From contig OZ024742.1 in the NCBI GenBank assembly GCA_964016885.1, forward strand, positions 227,726,001 to 227,790,000: DNA of 64,000 bases. Direction: 5' to 3'. A program made the translations under genes and the position numbers. The stretch is from Eledone cirrhosa. Taxonomy: Eukaryota. The first letter of the stretch is position 1. Every line of letters begins with the position of its first letter. Shown piece by piece: positions 20,471-34,326 of this stretch. The notes under the pieces are model-generated. The model was not told the DNA's origin. It searched no databases and was given only the letters and a program-made list of their open reading frames with translations.

Positions 20471-21874
20471 AGGGTGGTGTATAACCCTGGCTTCCATGAA
20501 AATAATGGAAGCAATGTTTAACTTCTCTAATAGATTTTAAAATATATATACAAATGTTTTAGCTATCAATTGATAGCCAGTAATTGGTTCGTTTTACTGT
20601 TTCAACAATCCTCTATCTGTTACTTGACCACTAATGGGTACGTTGACACATTTCATCTTTACTCTTTTTTTTTCTTGATGTGAGATTCTTGAGTTAACTG
20701 ACAAGCAAGCTTTCATTTCATATCATCTCACACTAAAGTTACACTTATTAGCTTTTATTTTAGTATCTGCTCTCATTATTTAACATGTTTACTGATTGGA
20801 AAGTGTTTATTTTATATATTTTACTGTCTGTCCAATGTTGACCTGAACACTTTTCAACAGTCAATTGTTTATGTAAATGTTTTAGTTATTTTGATATTAA
20901 ACCACCTGAAACTCATTGGCTCTGTCATACAAGATTGTATTGTATTTTAAAATTTTAATCATTGTTCATTATCATTTAACATCTATTTTCCATGCTTGCA
21001 TAGATTAGACGGGTTATCCTGTACTGAAACTGGACCAGTCAGGTGACCACATCTTGCTGATATGCTCTGCTTTGGGTTTAGTTTCTATGGCTGGATGCCC
21101 TTTCTAACACTAACCACTTTACTGGGAGCATTTCGTGATGTCTTCACTACCACCTTACAGGGCTGACTGGATGCTTTTATCAAGGCACCAACACCACCAC
21201 CTTTCATCACAAATAGGGTGCTCTGAATTCTTGGTCAGACCTGAGAGGCATTGACAGGGGAGGTGTATAAGATCTTGATGCCGCTAAAGTTTCCTCTATC
21301 CAGTGCACATCCTTTGCTCAATGTTGCTGCTACACCAGTCCTATAAATGTTCCATCATAATTCTATGGAAGTTATGTTCCAAACTGCAGCTTAATAATGG
21401 GGAAAGTTATATTACTCACTTTCCAAATGCTTGATTAATTTCAAAATAACTTAAAAACAATATGCAATGTCTTTTATTAGTAACAAAGGTAACACTATAG
21501 AAGCTTCCTATGCGGTGCAACATTCTAGCAGTTGTATCACCTCCATGTCTATACTGTTCCATCATTGCTTTGTCAAGAACTGCAGGAAAAAAAATGAAAT
21601 CTTAAATGTTAAAAATAAAAATGCTAGGAAATATTGTATTTCTTATTTCCTAACTATTGATTTAGCAGAAAATAACAAAAACTGGTTTAATTCAAATATT
21701 TTATAGTATCTTTACTATTGGATAGTTTGTTGTGAAAATTTAAAATAAGAGTAAAGACTTAAATTTTTAATGTGAATCAGTCACAGTGCTGTTTTTTGTA
21801 CTTTTCAAGAATCTCTTGTTAGTGTGGTTATATGTGGTACAGGACATTAAGAATTAACTGAATGTTTCTTGCAG

Positions 21875-22815
21875 AAACCTTACTGATGCTGAGAAAGAAG
21901 CTAAGATAAGTTGTGATAGAGCTAACGATACAAAACAGCCATCACCACCGCCTTCTCTAGAATTAGATAAGAAAAGTGAAAGTGAAACTGCCAGCAGTTG
22001 TCAGTCTCCAGAAAATTCCCAGTCCTGTGATAAAGAAGCATCTGATAATGATGAAAACTGTGATAAACTCTCAACAACACCAACAACTCCTGTTCCACCT
22101 CCTTCTAGTGATGTAGATAACAATATGCAGATTGATGCTACAGAATCTCCCTCTGTATCATCATTGGAACCCCAAGTAACTCAAGTGATGCTTTACAATG
22201 AAGATGTTTCTGTAGAGGAGAAAAAAGCCAATTCTATCCAGTCCAAAAGTCCAGTAAATATTACTAATATTAACATAACTGATGATGACCAGAGTGAGTT
22301 AAGTACTGCCACTGCTACAACAACTATTACTACTACCACTACTACTAGTAGTGGATGTGAACAACAGCAACAACAAACAACTTCAGAAACGATTAACTCT
22401 CCCCAGTCATCAGACTTATCGTCTTACAACTCTTTCAATGCGTTTCAGTATTGGAGGACTCCGTTGCCAGATATAGCAAACTTGGACTTAGATCTGGCTG
22501 GCACCACTAAAGATGATAGCAATTCTGCAGAAAATGTTTATACTTCAAAACTAACGCACCAAGACCAAGATAATTCAACTTGGTGGTCTGGGGACCTGCT
22601 TAGCAGTTTGGCTAATATGGATCTTAGCAAATTTTGGCAAGTTCCTTCAGATCTCCAGTGGATGAACTCTGCTGAGGTTGAACGTAGCGCTGCTCAGATT
22701 ATTCACACTGCCAGTATCAGTACTGTGTATAATCCATCCGAAACTGTTTCCAACATAGGTAGTGCCCATCTGTTTGGTCATCATGTGAATGAGTCCACAA
22801 AAACCATGGGTGACT
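21875..22815 (+). CDS. PPP4R1: PPP4R1-like large low-complexity exon
   Basis: ttgcag|A ... GACT|gtaagt, open throughout. Contains the conserved SYNSFNAFQYWRTPLPDI motif. Phase 2 to 1. Confidence 0.88.
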
Positions 22816-22904
22816 GTAAGTATACCTTTCTTATTCATCTTATCAATAAATATTTATACTCGGTATTTTCTGTTATATTTTCATTATGCTTTTCATGTAA
22901 TGGT

Positions 22905-23410
22905 GTGTAGCTTAGTACTCAGGCTGTTGAACTTACAATCATAAGGTCGTTGGGTTGATTCCTGAACCAAGCAGTGCATTGTTCTGGAACCAGATTTTTT
23001 TTTCTTTTGCTTTTCATGATAGCATGCTTTGCATGATGACTGGAGCTTCCATCATAAAAAATTTGGAAAAACCTCCAATAAAATGCAACCTTGTTGGAGG
23101 TCAAATAAACTTAACCTACATAGGTGAGAACTACAGCAAGATAAGACTAGGGCATATTAAAACACCAAAGAAACCTATATGTAGCTTTGTAGGATGCCGG
23201 TTAAACCATCAACAAGGTGATAGGACTAGAGCCCCAATCATCCAAGAAATTTACAACATAGAACCTTGGAGGCCAACAAAATGTACTTAGGTGTGAGCTG
23301 TAACATGATAGGACTGAGGACCATATCATTAAAACAATTGAGAAATCTCATGAGACACCTTATAGAAGGCCAGCTAAACCTACAAAGGTATAAGGTGTAA
23401 ATCTCACAAT
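22905..23410 (+). mobile_element. tRNA-head SINE followed by ~95-bp tandem units
   Basis: tRNA-like head at ~22905-22970, then ~4 degenerate units of cctatcattaaaacacc..gaaacct..gctaaacctacatagg. Confidence 0.6.
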
Positions 23411-24574
23411 ATTCTCATAATATACCTTCCATGCTTTGTTCTGATTGGCATCCATCAGGGCAATGTTCCTATCATTTCGGACACACTTTCCCCAATCAGG
23501 TTCTAATTTTCTCCTTCCCTTACTAAGTATACCTGTCTCCTCACCTCTCTTCTAGGTATTAGTTATTGCTTTTATGACCATGTCTACCATATTCCACCAC
23601 CACTACATCACTTTCTGTGGTCTTGTACAAAATTTCCACCTTCTATGCTATAGATTCTAACTTCCCTTTGTATGTGTCAAGTAGAATTTCTCTGAATTTG
23701 TTGCGAGCTGAGGGCTCTTTCAATATGCATGTCTTCCCCTAATGCTGAGGTCACTAATTTGTGTTGAACCATACATTCGAAAGAATGTAGGCAAAGATTA
23801 AAGTAAAGTACAAGTGCTAATGAAAGGCAAAGATTATAGTAAAGTACAAGTGCTATTTGTTTCAACCCTCTGTTTTCTTAGTTCATATCATGATGAGGTG
23901 CTGCCTGCTCTTAATGCTTTTGTGGTCAATAAAGTACTAGTCTAGTAGTAGTATTGCAGCCCCTTTTCCTCAAGCTATAAAATCTTTGATCTCTTTCACT
24001 TGAAACTATTAGTGAAAATATGATGTTGTATGTTACTTAGCCCTCCTCTCAATTATTGAGTCAGACTTTCAGAATGCAGTAGAAAAAACATTTTGTTATA
24101 TTTGTCTAGTATATTTCAGGGCTAATACCCTCTTTTTAAATGTAAAAATGAAGACAGTTCTAGCAAAATGAACAATCAATGTGTTCTTCTAACTGATCTA
24201 GAATACACATGCATAGAGCAGTTATAAATACCACTATGCTTTGCGTATGTCTTATCTATTATTTTGTATCAGCTTTCTGAAATTTATATATCTCTCAATA
24301 CTTCATATTAACTATATTACATTAGTCATAGTTAATATTGTCTAGTATTTCTAATGGGAAAGCGTAAACCTCAGACCTATACATATTTAATCTACAAGTA
24401 TTGAAAATTCTAATTACTGAGTTCTTCGTTGCCTGGTTCTATGTAGACTCCCATTGTAGAGTACCTAGAGCAAGGTTGTCTACTACATACTCTGCTTGAC
24501 TAATTTAATTTTCTAAAATATGTAGTTTTTGTGACTGGCAACTTGGGAAATAGTGGTAGATGGAGATTATGTGA

Positions 24575-24960
24575 AGCTGTGTGGTTTAGTGTTAGTCATA
24601 AGGTTGTAGGTTTGGTTCTTGGATGGACTGACATGTTATGTCCTTGAGCAAGACACTTCCTTTCACGACTTTCCATGATATATCTTAAGCCCCTATCAAT
24701 AAAACCCCCTAGAAACCTATAAGGTGCAACTTCATAGGTCAGCTAAACCTACATACATGTAAACTCTAACATGATAGTGGTGGCCCTATCATTAAAACAC
24801 CCTAGAAACCTACGAGATGCAACTTCATACGGCAGTTAAAATTACATACAACTGAGCTGTAACAACATTGAGACTGCCCTATCATTAAAATACTTAAGAA
24901 CCCTCTTATGAGATATGGCCATCTAAGTAGGTTATCTAAACCTGCATGTGAGCTCTAAAT
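24575..24960 (+). mobile_element. tRNA/CORE-like SINE followed by ~95-bp tandem units
   Basis: gtccttgagcaagacactt CORE-like box, then 3 units. Confidence 0.65.
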
Positions 24961-25221
24961 TTCTTTTCATACATGGTTTTACATCTACTTTTCCAAGCTC
25001 TGAGGTTGAATGATACATTTTTGTGTCAAATGTGAAGCAAGGATTTAGGCAGGTGCGTGCACACACATACATGTGTCTGTATGTATGTGTGTATGTATAC
25101 ATGGAAATTGCATGTTAAATGGTGGTTGTGTGTATATATATATATATATATCACACACACACATCTGCTTCCATATAGTTTCTCGGGCGTTAGTCTGCCT
25201 GAGACATTGAATCCCTAACCT

Positions 25222-25460
25222 AATCATCACCGTTTTACGTTCGTTCTTACACGCTAGCATGGGTTAGACGGTTTGTCCTGTTGTGGGCAGTGTCCAGTCG
25301 GCTGACCTTGTCTTGTTCATATGGGAACAGATTCTGGTTTGATTTCTACAGCTGGATGCACTTCCTAACACCAACCTCATTTACAGTGAGTGCTGAGTGC
25401 TTTTTTTTTCCGTGGAGCATACACTGGCCACTTTACAGTGTGGGCTAGGTGCTTTTTTTG
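25222..25460 (-). mobile_element. SINE or non-autonomous element with an RTE-derived 3' end
   Basis: The first ~110 bp is near-identical to RTE 3' terminus 12479-12590. Confidence 0.8.
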
Positions 25461-25469
25461 CAGTGGAAT

Positions 25470-25628
25470 GATAGGGACCCCAGTCCTGTCATCTCATTTC
25501 TACAGCTGAGTAAACTGGAGCAATGTGAAATAAAGTCTCTTGCTCAAGGAAACATCACCCGGTCCGAGAATTGAACTCACAACCTTACCATTGCAAGCCC
25601 TATCCTCTAACCACTAAGCCATGTGCCC
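25470..25628 (-). mobile_element. tRNA-derived CORE-like SINE
   Basis: Reverse complement shows A box TGGCTTAGTGG, B box GTTCAATTC and the ccttgagcaag..tttatttcacattgctccagt core. Confidence 0.75.
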
Positions 25629-26189
25629 TCATGGCTGCAAAGCAAAATTATTCGCCATGCCACCCGAGCAGAAATGTAAATCTTTTCTCTCAACTCTTAT
25701 TCTATATCACTATAGTTTGTTACTGCCCGTATGTACAATAGGTGTAGATGACCACATAGTCGTCAGTTGGTATGAAGTTGATCACGACATGGTAGTTGTC
25801 TCTTGTTCCTCTATACCACATATTAAATAAAATACATAGTTTTGTTTGTGAATGCTGCTACAATATGTACTGTGCATTATATTATGACATGAACACATGA
25901 GGTTTCGTATACTCAGCTTATATTATGACAATTGAATAGACAATATAGAGAAGAGCTCTTCAATCTGTCTGACATCCTCTCTAGTGCTAATGCCAACATA
26001 AAATGCACCCAGTACACTGTAATGTGGTTAGCCTTCGGAAGGGCATCTAACCATAGAAACTATGCCAAAATATGGAATGTATAAGCAAGATATGGTTACA
26101 CCCACCATGTCTTATCTTAATGCGAAAACCTGTTCAACCCATACCACCACTGGAAACTGATGTGAGAATGATTGTATATTTCATGTTAA

Positions 26190-26377
26190 CTCTTTAGCAT
26201 TTACATTACTCTGTCTTTACTATTATATTTTCACAGTAAAGGCTTTCTCACATAATATCGAATCTACGAGATTTTGAGAACAATACCTTAACAGTATGAG
26301 TGGCTGGTTACAGCCGGTTTGAATAGGAGGTGGTGACAGAATTCTGGCTAGATACGGCTGGTTTAAATGCTAAAGGG
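26190..26377. mobile_element. piggyBac-derived MITE, opposite orientation to the 16313 copy
   Basis: TTAA|CTCTTTAGCATT ... AATGCTAAAGGG|TTAA. Confidence 0.8.
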
Positions 26378-26657
26378 TTAAAGTAGTATAAATAATTGTT
26401 ACTTCTTTCCAGTTTATAGCAATCTAAATAACGCTATACCACTTACATACTTGTCAATGTAATTACATTGTGTATATGTAAACATATATATTCCAGGAAA
26501 TAATTCTTCTGTACTGCATAGATATCTGAATATAAATGCATTGTTTTTCATGTCGGAATATTTTTTATATATTCTTGTGTATAGCAGTCTAAACAAAATA
26601 ACATCTATACTACATAGGTATTTGTGAATACATTGTTTCGATATATGTATATTCCAG

Positions 26658-26755
26658 GTTATAGCAGTGAGACAAGTCTCCATCAAAGTTATGATAACAG
26701 TTCAACTAATACTGACTATCCCTGTGCTAGGATAACAAAATTGTCAACTCAGCAG
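26658..26755 (+). CDS. PPP4R1: PPP4R1-like exon
   Basis: ttccag|GT TAT AGC...CAG CAG|gtaata. Open frame YSSETSLHQSYD..LSTQQ. Bridges phase 1 to phase 0. Confidence 0.7.
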
Positions 26756-27317
26756 GTAATAGTTTTTTTCTTATTTTAACATTTTGTGTGCTTTCCATGC
26801 TGGCATCGTTTGTCCATGGTTGTTACAGTCTGGGACTATGTGGGTTGCTTGTGCATTTCATGTTAGGTATGCTGGGTGCATATCGTGTCACCAGCATACC
26901 AATTTACAAAGTGGTCTTGGTTCATTTTGTGTCATCAAAACTACCATTTTAAGATCAGGCTGTGTTCAATTTATCATATCACTGGTTTATTTGTCACCAG
27001 CACTGGAAAGGTTGTTGTGCTTGGTATAGTCCTGTCTGTCTGATAACTAACCATGAAGCCTTGGTAAGGGTTTCTTCTCTGAACTCGTGTTTTTGCTGGG
27101 ATTCTACCCTGTGACAACTTGTCTGTATATTCTTTACTTATAAGTCTAGCCAGAAAATTATATTTGTGGCAACTCTCTCCTCAAATATGTAGAATTTCAC
27201 CTTGTATTTGCTATGTTATTTCTAAATAGACTGCAAAATATATAGCTACTCGTGTCTTTACTGTTGCTTGGTATGGACATTTCTCATTCCACCTGTGGAA
27301 AAAATAAATGAATGTGA

Positions 27318-27620
27318 AGGTTCACGGCCTAGTGTTTAGGGTGTCAGATTCACAATCATAAGATTATGGGTTTGACCAAGTGGCACATGGTATTCTTGAG
27401 CAAAACTCTTCTTTTCATAAAAAGACTGAGGTTTTCTATAATTAAAACACCCAAGAAACTTCCTATGAGATATTATCTTGTAAGAGGCCAGCTAAACCTA
27501 CATAGGTTTGTGTTGTAACATGATAGAACTGGGACCCTATCATATAAACACCTGAGAAACCTATGAGATACAACCTCATAGTAGGCTAGCTAAATTTGTA
27601 TAGGTTTGAGGTGTAATTTA
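27318..27620 (+). mobile_element. tRNA/CORE-like SINE with ~95-bp tandem units
   Basis: Same architecture as the 24575 copy, with 2 units. Confidence 0.6.
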
Positions 27621-28014
27621 AAAAAATTATTTCGGTAATAATTGTATATACTTGAGAATTTAAGCCGACCCCTTTTATGCCTGGGAAATTGGCAAAAATT
27701 CAAACCCCGTGTTCAAGTGAGGTAGCTAATTGACACATTTAGATTGCACGGTTTTGAGATTCTCATGAGTGGAGAATATATTGATATTTAAAGTTTTAAG
27801 TGTCATTCAGTGTAGTTTTTGTTTCATAATTCCATTACACAATGGTTTTTTTTTATTTATTTATTTTTTTTTTTTTATTTTATACCATTTCATCCGTTAT
27901 ATAAAAGTTTCAACAATTTTGCTGGATTTTTGTTTACTTCTAGCTACTTGGTGTTGGGTGGGGCATTTCTTGGCTTATATTGGTAATATTTATTGTTCTT
28001 GTTTCTTTCCACAG

Positions 28015-28200
28015 GAAATAGTGCCTCCTAGATTGTTACAAAGATTTCTAACAATGGTTGACCCTGCCTTATCACAGACTGTGGACTCAGAAATCACACG
28101 TCACTGTGCCTATAACTTTCCTGCTGTTGCTTACACCCTTGGCCGACATAACTGGCACTGCCTTAAGTCTCTATTTGATACCTTGGCTGCTGATATGCAA
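28015..28200 (+). CDS. PPP4R1: PPP4R1-like exon
   Basis: EIVPPRLLQRFLTMVDPALSQTVDSEITRHCAYNFPAVAYTLGRHNWHCLKSLFDTLAADMQ; canonical splice sites. Confidence 0.96.
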
Positions 28201-28719
28201 GTGAGTATATGGTCATGCTGTAACCCATTATTACTGTATTTCTAATGAAATACACTACTTCACTTTGAGGGGTTTATTAAATAAACCTATCTATTTTCTA
28301 TACTTTTTTTTTAAAAAGCAAGGAAAATGGATGTGAAATGGTGATGAATTTTACTCAAAATTCTTCATTAATTCAAATAGTTTATTTCATTATTAAGAAG
28401 GTATATGTCACATTGGTTCTTATGATGGAAGATTTTTTTTTTTTATTTTATTTATATAGACCTTTAAGAATCTAGTTTTGTTTCATAGAACCAGAGTTGG
28501 TTTAGACTGGGTTGATATAAAAAAAAAATGTTACGGTAGTTTTACACCTTGCACTTCAAGTCATTTAATTCTTTTAGCACTTTATTTCTTTAGCTATAGG
28601 TTAACTGCCAAAACAGGAAAGTATTTCCCTAACGCTTTTGCTGCCAAACTGCCTGAAACTGCCTTTGATTTTATGATTCAAAACCTTTCGTCATAATTTT
28701 CTGTAAGAACCTTGTTTAA

Positions 28720-30359
28720 CCCTTTAGTATTTACATTACTCTGTCATATGTTATGTTTATCTATTTACATTAGTTAATCATACTCAAGAGGGTTATTAAT
28801 TATATTTGTTTGTAAATCATTGATATTTAAACATCTGACAAAATTTCAGGTCTGCACATGGAAAATTAACAAAATTACAATTATCTTTCTTTTTTTTTTT
28901 TGTTAAATTTGACTTTTATGGGCAGGTGAAATTAACAGGTGTAAAACTTTATGAATAAGCACAAATTTAAACTTTTACCTGTTAGGTTTATTACAAAAAT
29001 TATCCAACAATAACCTGGATGTTGACTTCAACAATTTTACCATTTGTCACGAACAGGTTAATTAATATGCAGATATATTTTCAATGGAGTCATGGAAATT
29101 TTCACTAATCAAATTAAATCAAGTAATGGTCAAACTCTATAAAGAGCATCATTTCTACCAGGAACATTTGAAGTATCGACCAAGTGCAAATCATCCTCAC
29201 CCGTTTAGCATCCATTTTTCCATGCTTGCATAGGTTAAACTAGTCATCCATGTCGAGAGACAGGTCTGGCCAAAGTTGGCTATGCCACACCTTGCTCTGA
29301 CGAGGACTATAAATTTGGACAGGTATTTTACAGCTAGATGGCCTTCCTAACAAAAACCACATTTATAGGGACAGGTGACTTAGCCGTCCTGGACCCATCT
29401 TGCAGCGGAATCATAGTTTTGGAGCCTGGTACTGGATGGCACCGATACGGGGAGCCTAACCCATCTCACAGTGTAGCCATAGCTTTGTGTCCCGGTATTG
29501 GATGGCACTGCTATGAGGAAGGTGGTGCAGAACTAGTTTAGGAACCTGGCGCTGGGTGGCACCAGTATGTGTAGGGACAGGCCAGTTGGCCACATCAGCA
29601 CTCCCCACAAGACGAACCCTTCTCAATACGAAACCACATTTTGGGAGCCTGATTTAATTTCACATATCTTGTTTTCAGCATAGTACTTGATATATATGGG
29701 TCACTAAACCATATATCAGTGCTCCAGTAAATCCAGTCTTGGAAATTGTTTTATACCAAACATATTTATAGTAAAAAAAATTTCGGATTTCTGCAGCATC
29801 TGTCATGATTTGAAATTTGTTGTTGGACATATCGATTTGATTTTTTTTTTTTTTTTTTTTTTTTGGTACAACCTCAAAGAAAGTCTGTGGTAAAAACAAA
29901 AAGAAATAATCCAGTGCTTTAGCATTGGGAGGTAATGTGTGTTGTGGATCAGTATTTTCAATGAAATCAGGAACACGTTTTTCGACCACATTGCTGTAAC
30001 ATTTTCAGTGGTGTCTTGAAGATCTTCTTTCACTATCAAAACAACAATCAATGCCGGGTGAAAATTCAGATATATATCTGATTCATTTGAAAACAAATCA
30101 CTGATATTTTCTTTTATTTCTTAATTTTGAATGTCATCGCGTGTAAAACCTTCAGTTGGTATCACTACTTTCACAGGCACGCGGAATCTGTTGTACTTCC
30201 AACGTTAAAAGAAAAACATGTTTCACTATACTAAGTGTTGTATTTCACAATAAAGGCTTTATCTTGCAATCTCGAATCACTGCGATTTTGATGACATTTT
30301 TTTTAGAACGATAATGTGGGTGCCTGCAGCTGAATTTGGCCAGTTAGAACACTAAAAGG
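28720..30359 (-). mobile_element. Diverged piggyBac copy (same family), with a SINE inserted at ~29190-29650
   Basis: TTAA|CCCTTTAGTATT start and CTAAAAGG|TTAA end. Minus ORF PQHTLPPNAKALDYFFLFLPQTFFEVV. Confidence 0.85.
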
Positions 30360-31773
30360 TTAATTCTAATTTTTTTTATATTCTTCGAAAATCGTAGGCA
30401 GTGTCATTCGTTATGAATGTTTGACATAATGATGTGTGTAGTATTTTCTTTTGTTTTATCAACCATCTGTTTTTGACATTAAAAAAAACACTAGAGTAAT
30501 TGTCAAACACAATAGACGTTGAATGGTTTTACACTTTTAGGTTGCTATATCATTAGTGTAATGTTTCTAGCTAATTGTGTCATATACCTAGCAGTATTGT
30601 AAAGCTTATCTTTTCCATCTTTCCCTCTGTGTTTCTAACTGTATTTTGTAATTTAGTTCCTTACAGCTGCTGAAATGACAAATGTATTAATTTGTATTCA
30701 TATATGCCATTACCCATAATCCTATATTTATCTTCAGTTTAGTAAGGGCAATATATTTCTGAATATCTAGCTCTGAAAGAATTTATTTCAGTAAAATTAG
30801 AAATCGTTTTTATATTTACTTTTGCATGCTGGCATGAGATGCCCATCCTGATGTTATCCCTTTTAATTGATTCTTATGATATGCAGTGATACGGTGTAGC
30901 TATTCTAGAACCAAGGATTATAAAAATTCTTGTTCTTGGACATTCATCTTTTTCATGCTTGCACATGGGTTAAATAACATGTTTTGCAGCTGGAGGCTTA
31001 TATGTAACACTGAATTCAACTGAACTTGTATGTGAAAGACATAAACAGATTTTGCTTTTTGCATTAAACAATGTTGACATTGAAGATTCCACAGGAAATC
31101 AATACGCAAGCACTTGAAGTTTCCTCACAATTTCCCTTTACCAAAGTTATTCTCAAGTTTGTAGAAAACATTGTCCCAGATTTCACAGACATTGGATTAA
31201 AGCTAAAATTATGTGGCTTTGAAGCAAACTAACACAACCATGCTCGCAGCTATTTCATCTTCGTGCAATAACTAATAGCTTTAGTAGTGCTTAAACTATA
31301 AAACTGCCTAATCTAGACTTGTGACTTGACTTGTGAGGGAAATTACAGTGGTACACTTTTATTCTTTTACTTGCTTCGTCATTAAACTTAGTTCAAGATG
31401 GGGCACTGCCTTAAGGGATTTATTTTATTATATTGACCCCAGTACTTATGCCTGGTACTTATTTTATTGATATTGTTGAATAATTGTATTACAGGACAAG
31501 AATAGGAACAAACATGTATTTTATGATACACTTCCACACAGTTTCTATCTACCAAATTCCACTCCTGAGGCATTTGCTAACCTGAAGCTATAGTAGACAC
31601 TTGCTCAAGGTGCTACATAGTAAGGCTGAAGCTGAAACTATGTGATTGTAGTGTTATTCCTGAACAACACAGCCATGCCTGCACCTAGTTAATAGGCTGT
31701 ATATATTAGAAATAAATTACATGTGTAATTTAATGAGCCCTGTTTATTTTTTACTGTTTAATTTTATTTCCAG

Positions 31774-31935
31774 TGGAAGGTCCGTCGAACTCTGGCATTC
31801 TCCATCCATAAACTTGCTGTGATTTTAGGAGAAGATATCACCCATAAAGACCTTGTTCCTGTTTTTGATGGTTTCCTCAAGGATCTAGATGAAGTTAGGA
31901 TAGGAGTTTTAAAACATTTAATGGAATTTCTTAAG
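31774..31935 (+). CDS. PPP4R1: PPP4R1-like HEAT-repeat exon
   Basis: WKVRRTLAFSIHKLAVILGEDITHKDLVPVFDGFLKDLDEVRIGVLKHLMEFLK. Confidence 0.97.
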
Positions 31936-32127
31936 GTGAGCTGAAAATGAGGTGTCTATAAAATTTTACTTGTTTGATTACTTTTTTGCTATATACATTC
32001 ATAGTAACTTAGTGGACTTGTCAGTGACTGGATCAGTAAAGATAAGTAAATATTACACCTTTGTGTTTTTTAAATGACTCAAATACCTTTTTTTTTTCAT
32101 AATGTAATTGGTATAGGTTCAGCAATG

Positions 32128-32330
32128 GTCTCAGATCAAGTCACTTGCTAGATGTATACAACTATCTAAAATGACTCTTCCTTGATATAATTGCTTCAGT
32201 TTCAATACACAGTCTCAGATCAAGTTATTTGCCAGACAAATATAACTGGTTAAAATGCATCTTCCATCATGTAATTGCTTTAGTTTCACCAAATGGTTAT
32301 AGATCTAGTCACTTGCTGAACATGTATAAA
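32128..32330. repeat. ~84-bp degenerate tandem repeat (~2.5 copies)
   Basis: tctcagatcaagtcacttgctaga...taattgcttcagtttca recurs at ~32128, ~32212 and ~32297. Confidence 0.75.
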
Positions 32331-32855
32331 TTTTTTTAAGTGTGATACTTATTTCACTGGACACCACCTGTTGAACTGTTAAGTTATGGGACATAAACAA
32401 ATGTCACCTGTTCTATTAGTGTCGATATGAAAAAAGAAGTATTAACAGACTTGCACACAGTTTTGTCTACCAAATGTCATTAACAAGGCTATAGTGGAAG
32501 ACACTAAGGTGCCAGGCAGTGGTATAGAACCTTAAACCATTTGGTTGGGAAGTGATCTTCTTAACCATGCCATTGTAAGCATTCCTGTTAATATTGATAT
32601 TGCAGCACCCCGTAGAAAATTATTTAGCTTTTTTGATACCAAACCACCTAGTTTTATAGTACAATCTTTATTTTAAAGTGTTTATATTTATCTAAAAAAA
32701 ATTTCCATAATTTTATGTAAGAGGTGTTGCATTTTAAACACAGCTTATAGAGACGGATTTTTGTTAGAAATATGGTACAGAAAGGGTTAAAAATGGATTT
32801 GTTGTAGTCTCATTACTAATAAACAGATTGTGAAAATTTTCAGTATCAGATTTAA

Positions 32856-33083
32856 CCCTTTCGTTACTATATTTCTAATAAAACTTAGTGTATGGTTTTC
32901 AAATCATTTTGAAATTAAAGAATTTGTAGAGATTTGATAATATAACTTTCCCATTAAGCCATTGTTTGGAACATAACTTAAAGGTTCTTGCATAAATCTG
33001 TGATGGAATATTTTTTAAAGATAAATATAAACACTTCAAAATAGTTTTATATCGCAGAACTAGGTGGGTTGGTATCAAAAGGG
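32856..33083. mobile_element. TTAA-flanked MITE (second piggyBac-like family)
   Basis: TTAA|CCCTTTCGTTAC ... GTATCAAAAGGG|TTAA. Related copies near 15485, 17740, 28280, 32625, 33360, 34080 and 36325. Confidence 0.75.
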
Positions 33084-33213
33084 TTAATGTGATGCAGTCA
33101 GAGTGCTGCTTTGTACTTTTCAAGAATGTCTTACTAGTATACAGGATGTTCAGGGATAAATTTGATATTGTATTAGTTCAAATATTTTAACATTTATTTA
33201 TATTTTGTTTCAG

Positions 33214-33314
33214 TTATTAAAGCCATCTGTAAGAAATGAATATTTACCAAAATTTCAACATTTTCTTACAACTGATAACCATAGAAATTGGCGCTTCCGT
33301 TTAGAATTAGCTGA
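33214..33314 (+). CDS. PPP4R1: PPP4R1-like exon
   Basis: LLKPSVRNEYLPKFQHFLTTDNHRNWRFRLELAE; phase 0 to 2. Confidence 0.95.
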
Positions 33315-34326
33315 GTATGTATTGCACTTTGGGATATTTATTTTCTTGTTTTGCATATTCTAACCCTTTTGATAATGGGTCCCACTTGAAACTATTTCTT
33401 TGGTACAGAACTGCTCATCTTAGTGTTAATTCTTATATATTAAAACCTTTCATTTTATGTTAAAAATGTTTGTTAATGTTCCAAGCACCAGCTTAAAATG
33501 AAAATATTTTGCTAAATACCTCTAAATTTTTTATTATTTTCGAAAGTAATTGAAACTCATGGACAGTTGATATTGTTGGGAACAGCTTTGATTCAATCCT
33601 TATTTGGAGTTATTGCCAACCTACTCATTGGAGGACTGCCCTCCTTGATAAGTGGGTTGATATGGACTGTCTTGCTTGAACATTCCCAATTTTTGGCATG
33701 GTTTCTACAGCTGGATCACACTTCTAAGACCAACCACATAAGTGTACTGGTACATTTTATCCTGGCACCAGCACTAGAGGTTGTCATGCACTTACTTAAC
33801 AGCTTCATACATATAGGCTTACTACATCATCTCTGATCTCGGAGGTCTCATGAAGTTCATTCATGGACATTGTCCCTTCCTACAGACCTACTGATTAAAC
33901 ATCAATCTTTCTCTCAGAGGTCCTGAGAAGGCCATCCATGGACACTGCCTCTTCCTTCAGACCAAGGGAAAAAAACCCTCCAAAATTATTCTCAAAATAA
34001 GTTGTAAAACATAGGTAGCTTACATTTCAACAAAATTAAGATAATGAAAGAGTTAGACTTTCCTGTCCACTTAGCTCTTCCATTACTGAACCACCTGTAA
34101 GCCTGCCTTCATAATTTTATGTAAGAACCTTTGTTCCAAAAACTAGATAAATGAAGTTATCACTAAATCCCTCCAAATCTTTCAAAATTATTTAGAAACC
34201 ATATGTAGTGTCTTTCTTTAGAAATATGGTATCGAGGGTTAACTGTTAGATATGTTGAGGCATAGTTAATAAATTTGAATATATATATATTTTTTTATTT
34301 GATTGAATAAATATTTTTTATTTCAG

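Noticed and set aside
23785-23855. ~36-bp tandem duplication
   Set aside because: An ordinary local slippage duplication with no further structure.
26413-26458. Extra PPP4R1 exon after ttctttccag
   Set aside because: The frame hits TAA, or the donor phase is incompatible with the next exon, and there is no homology support.
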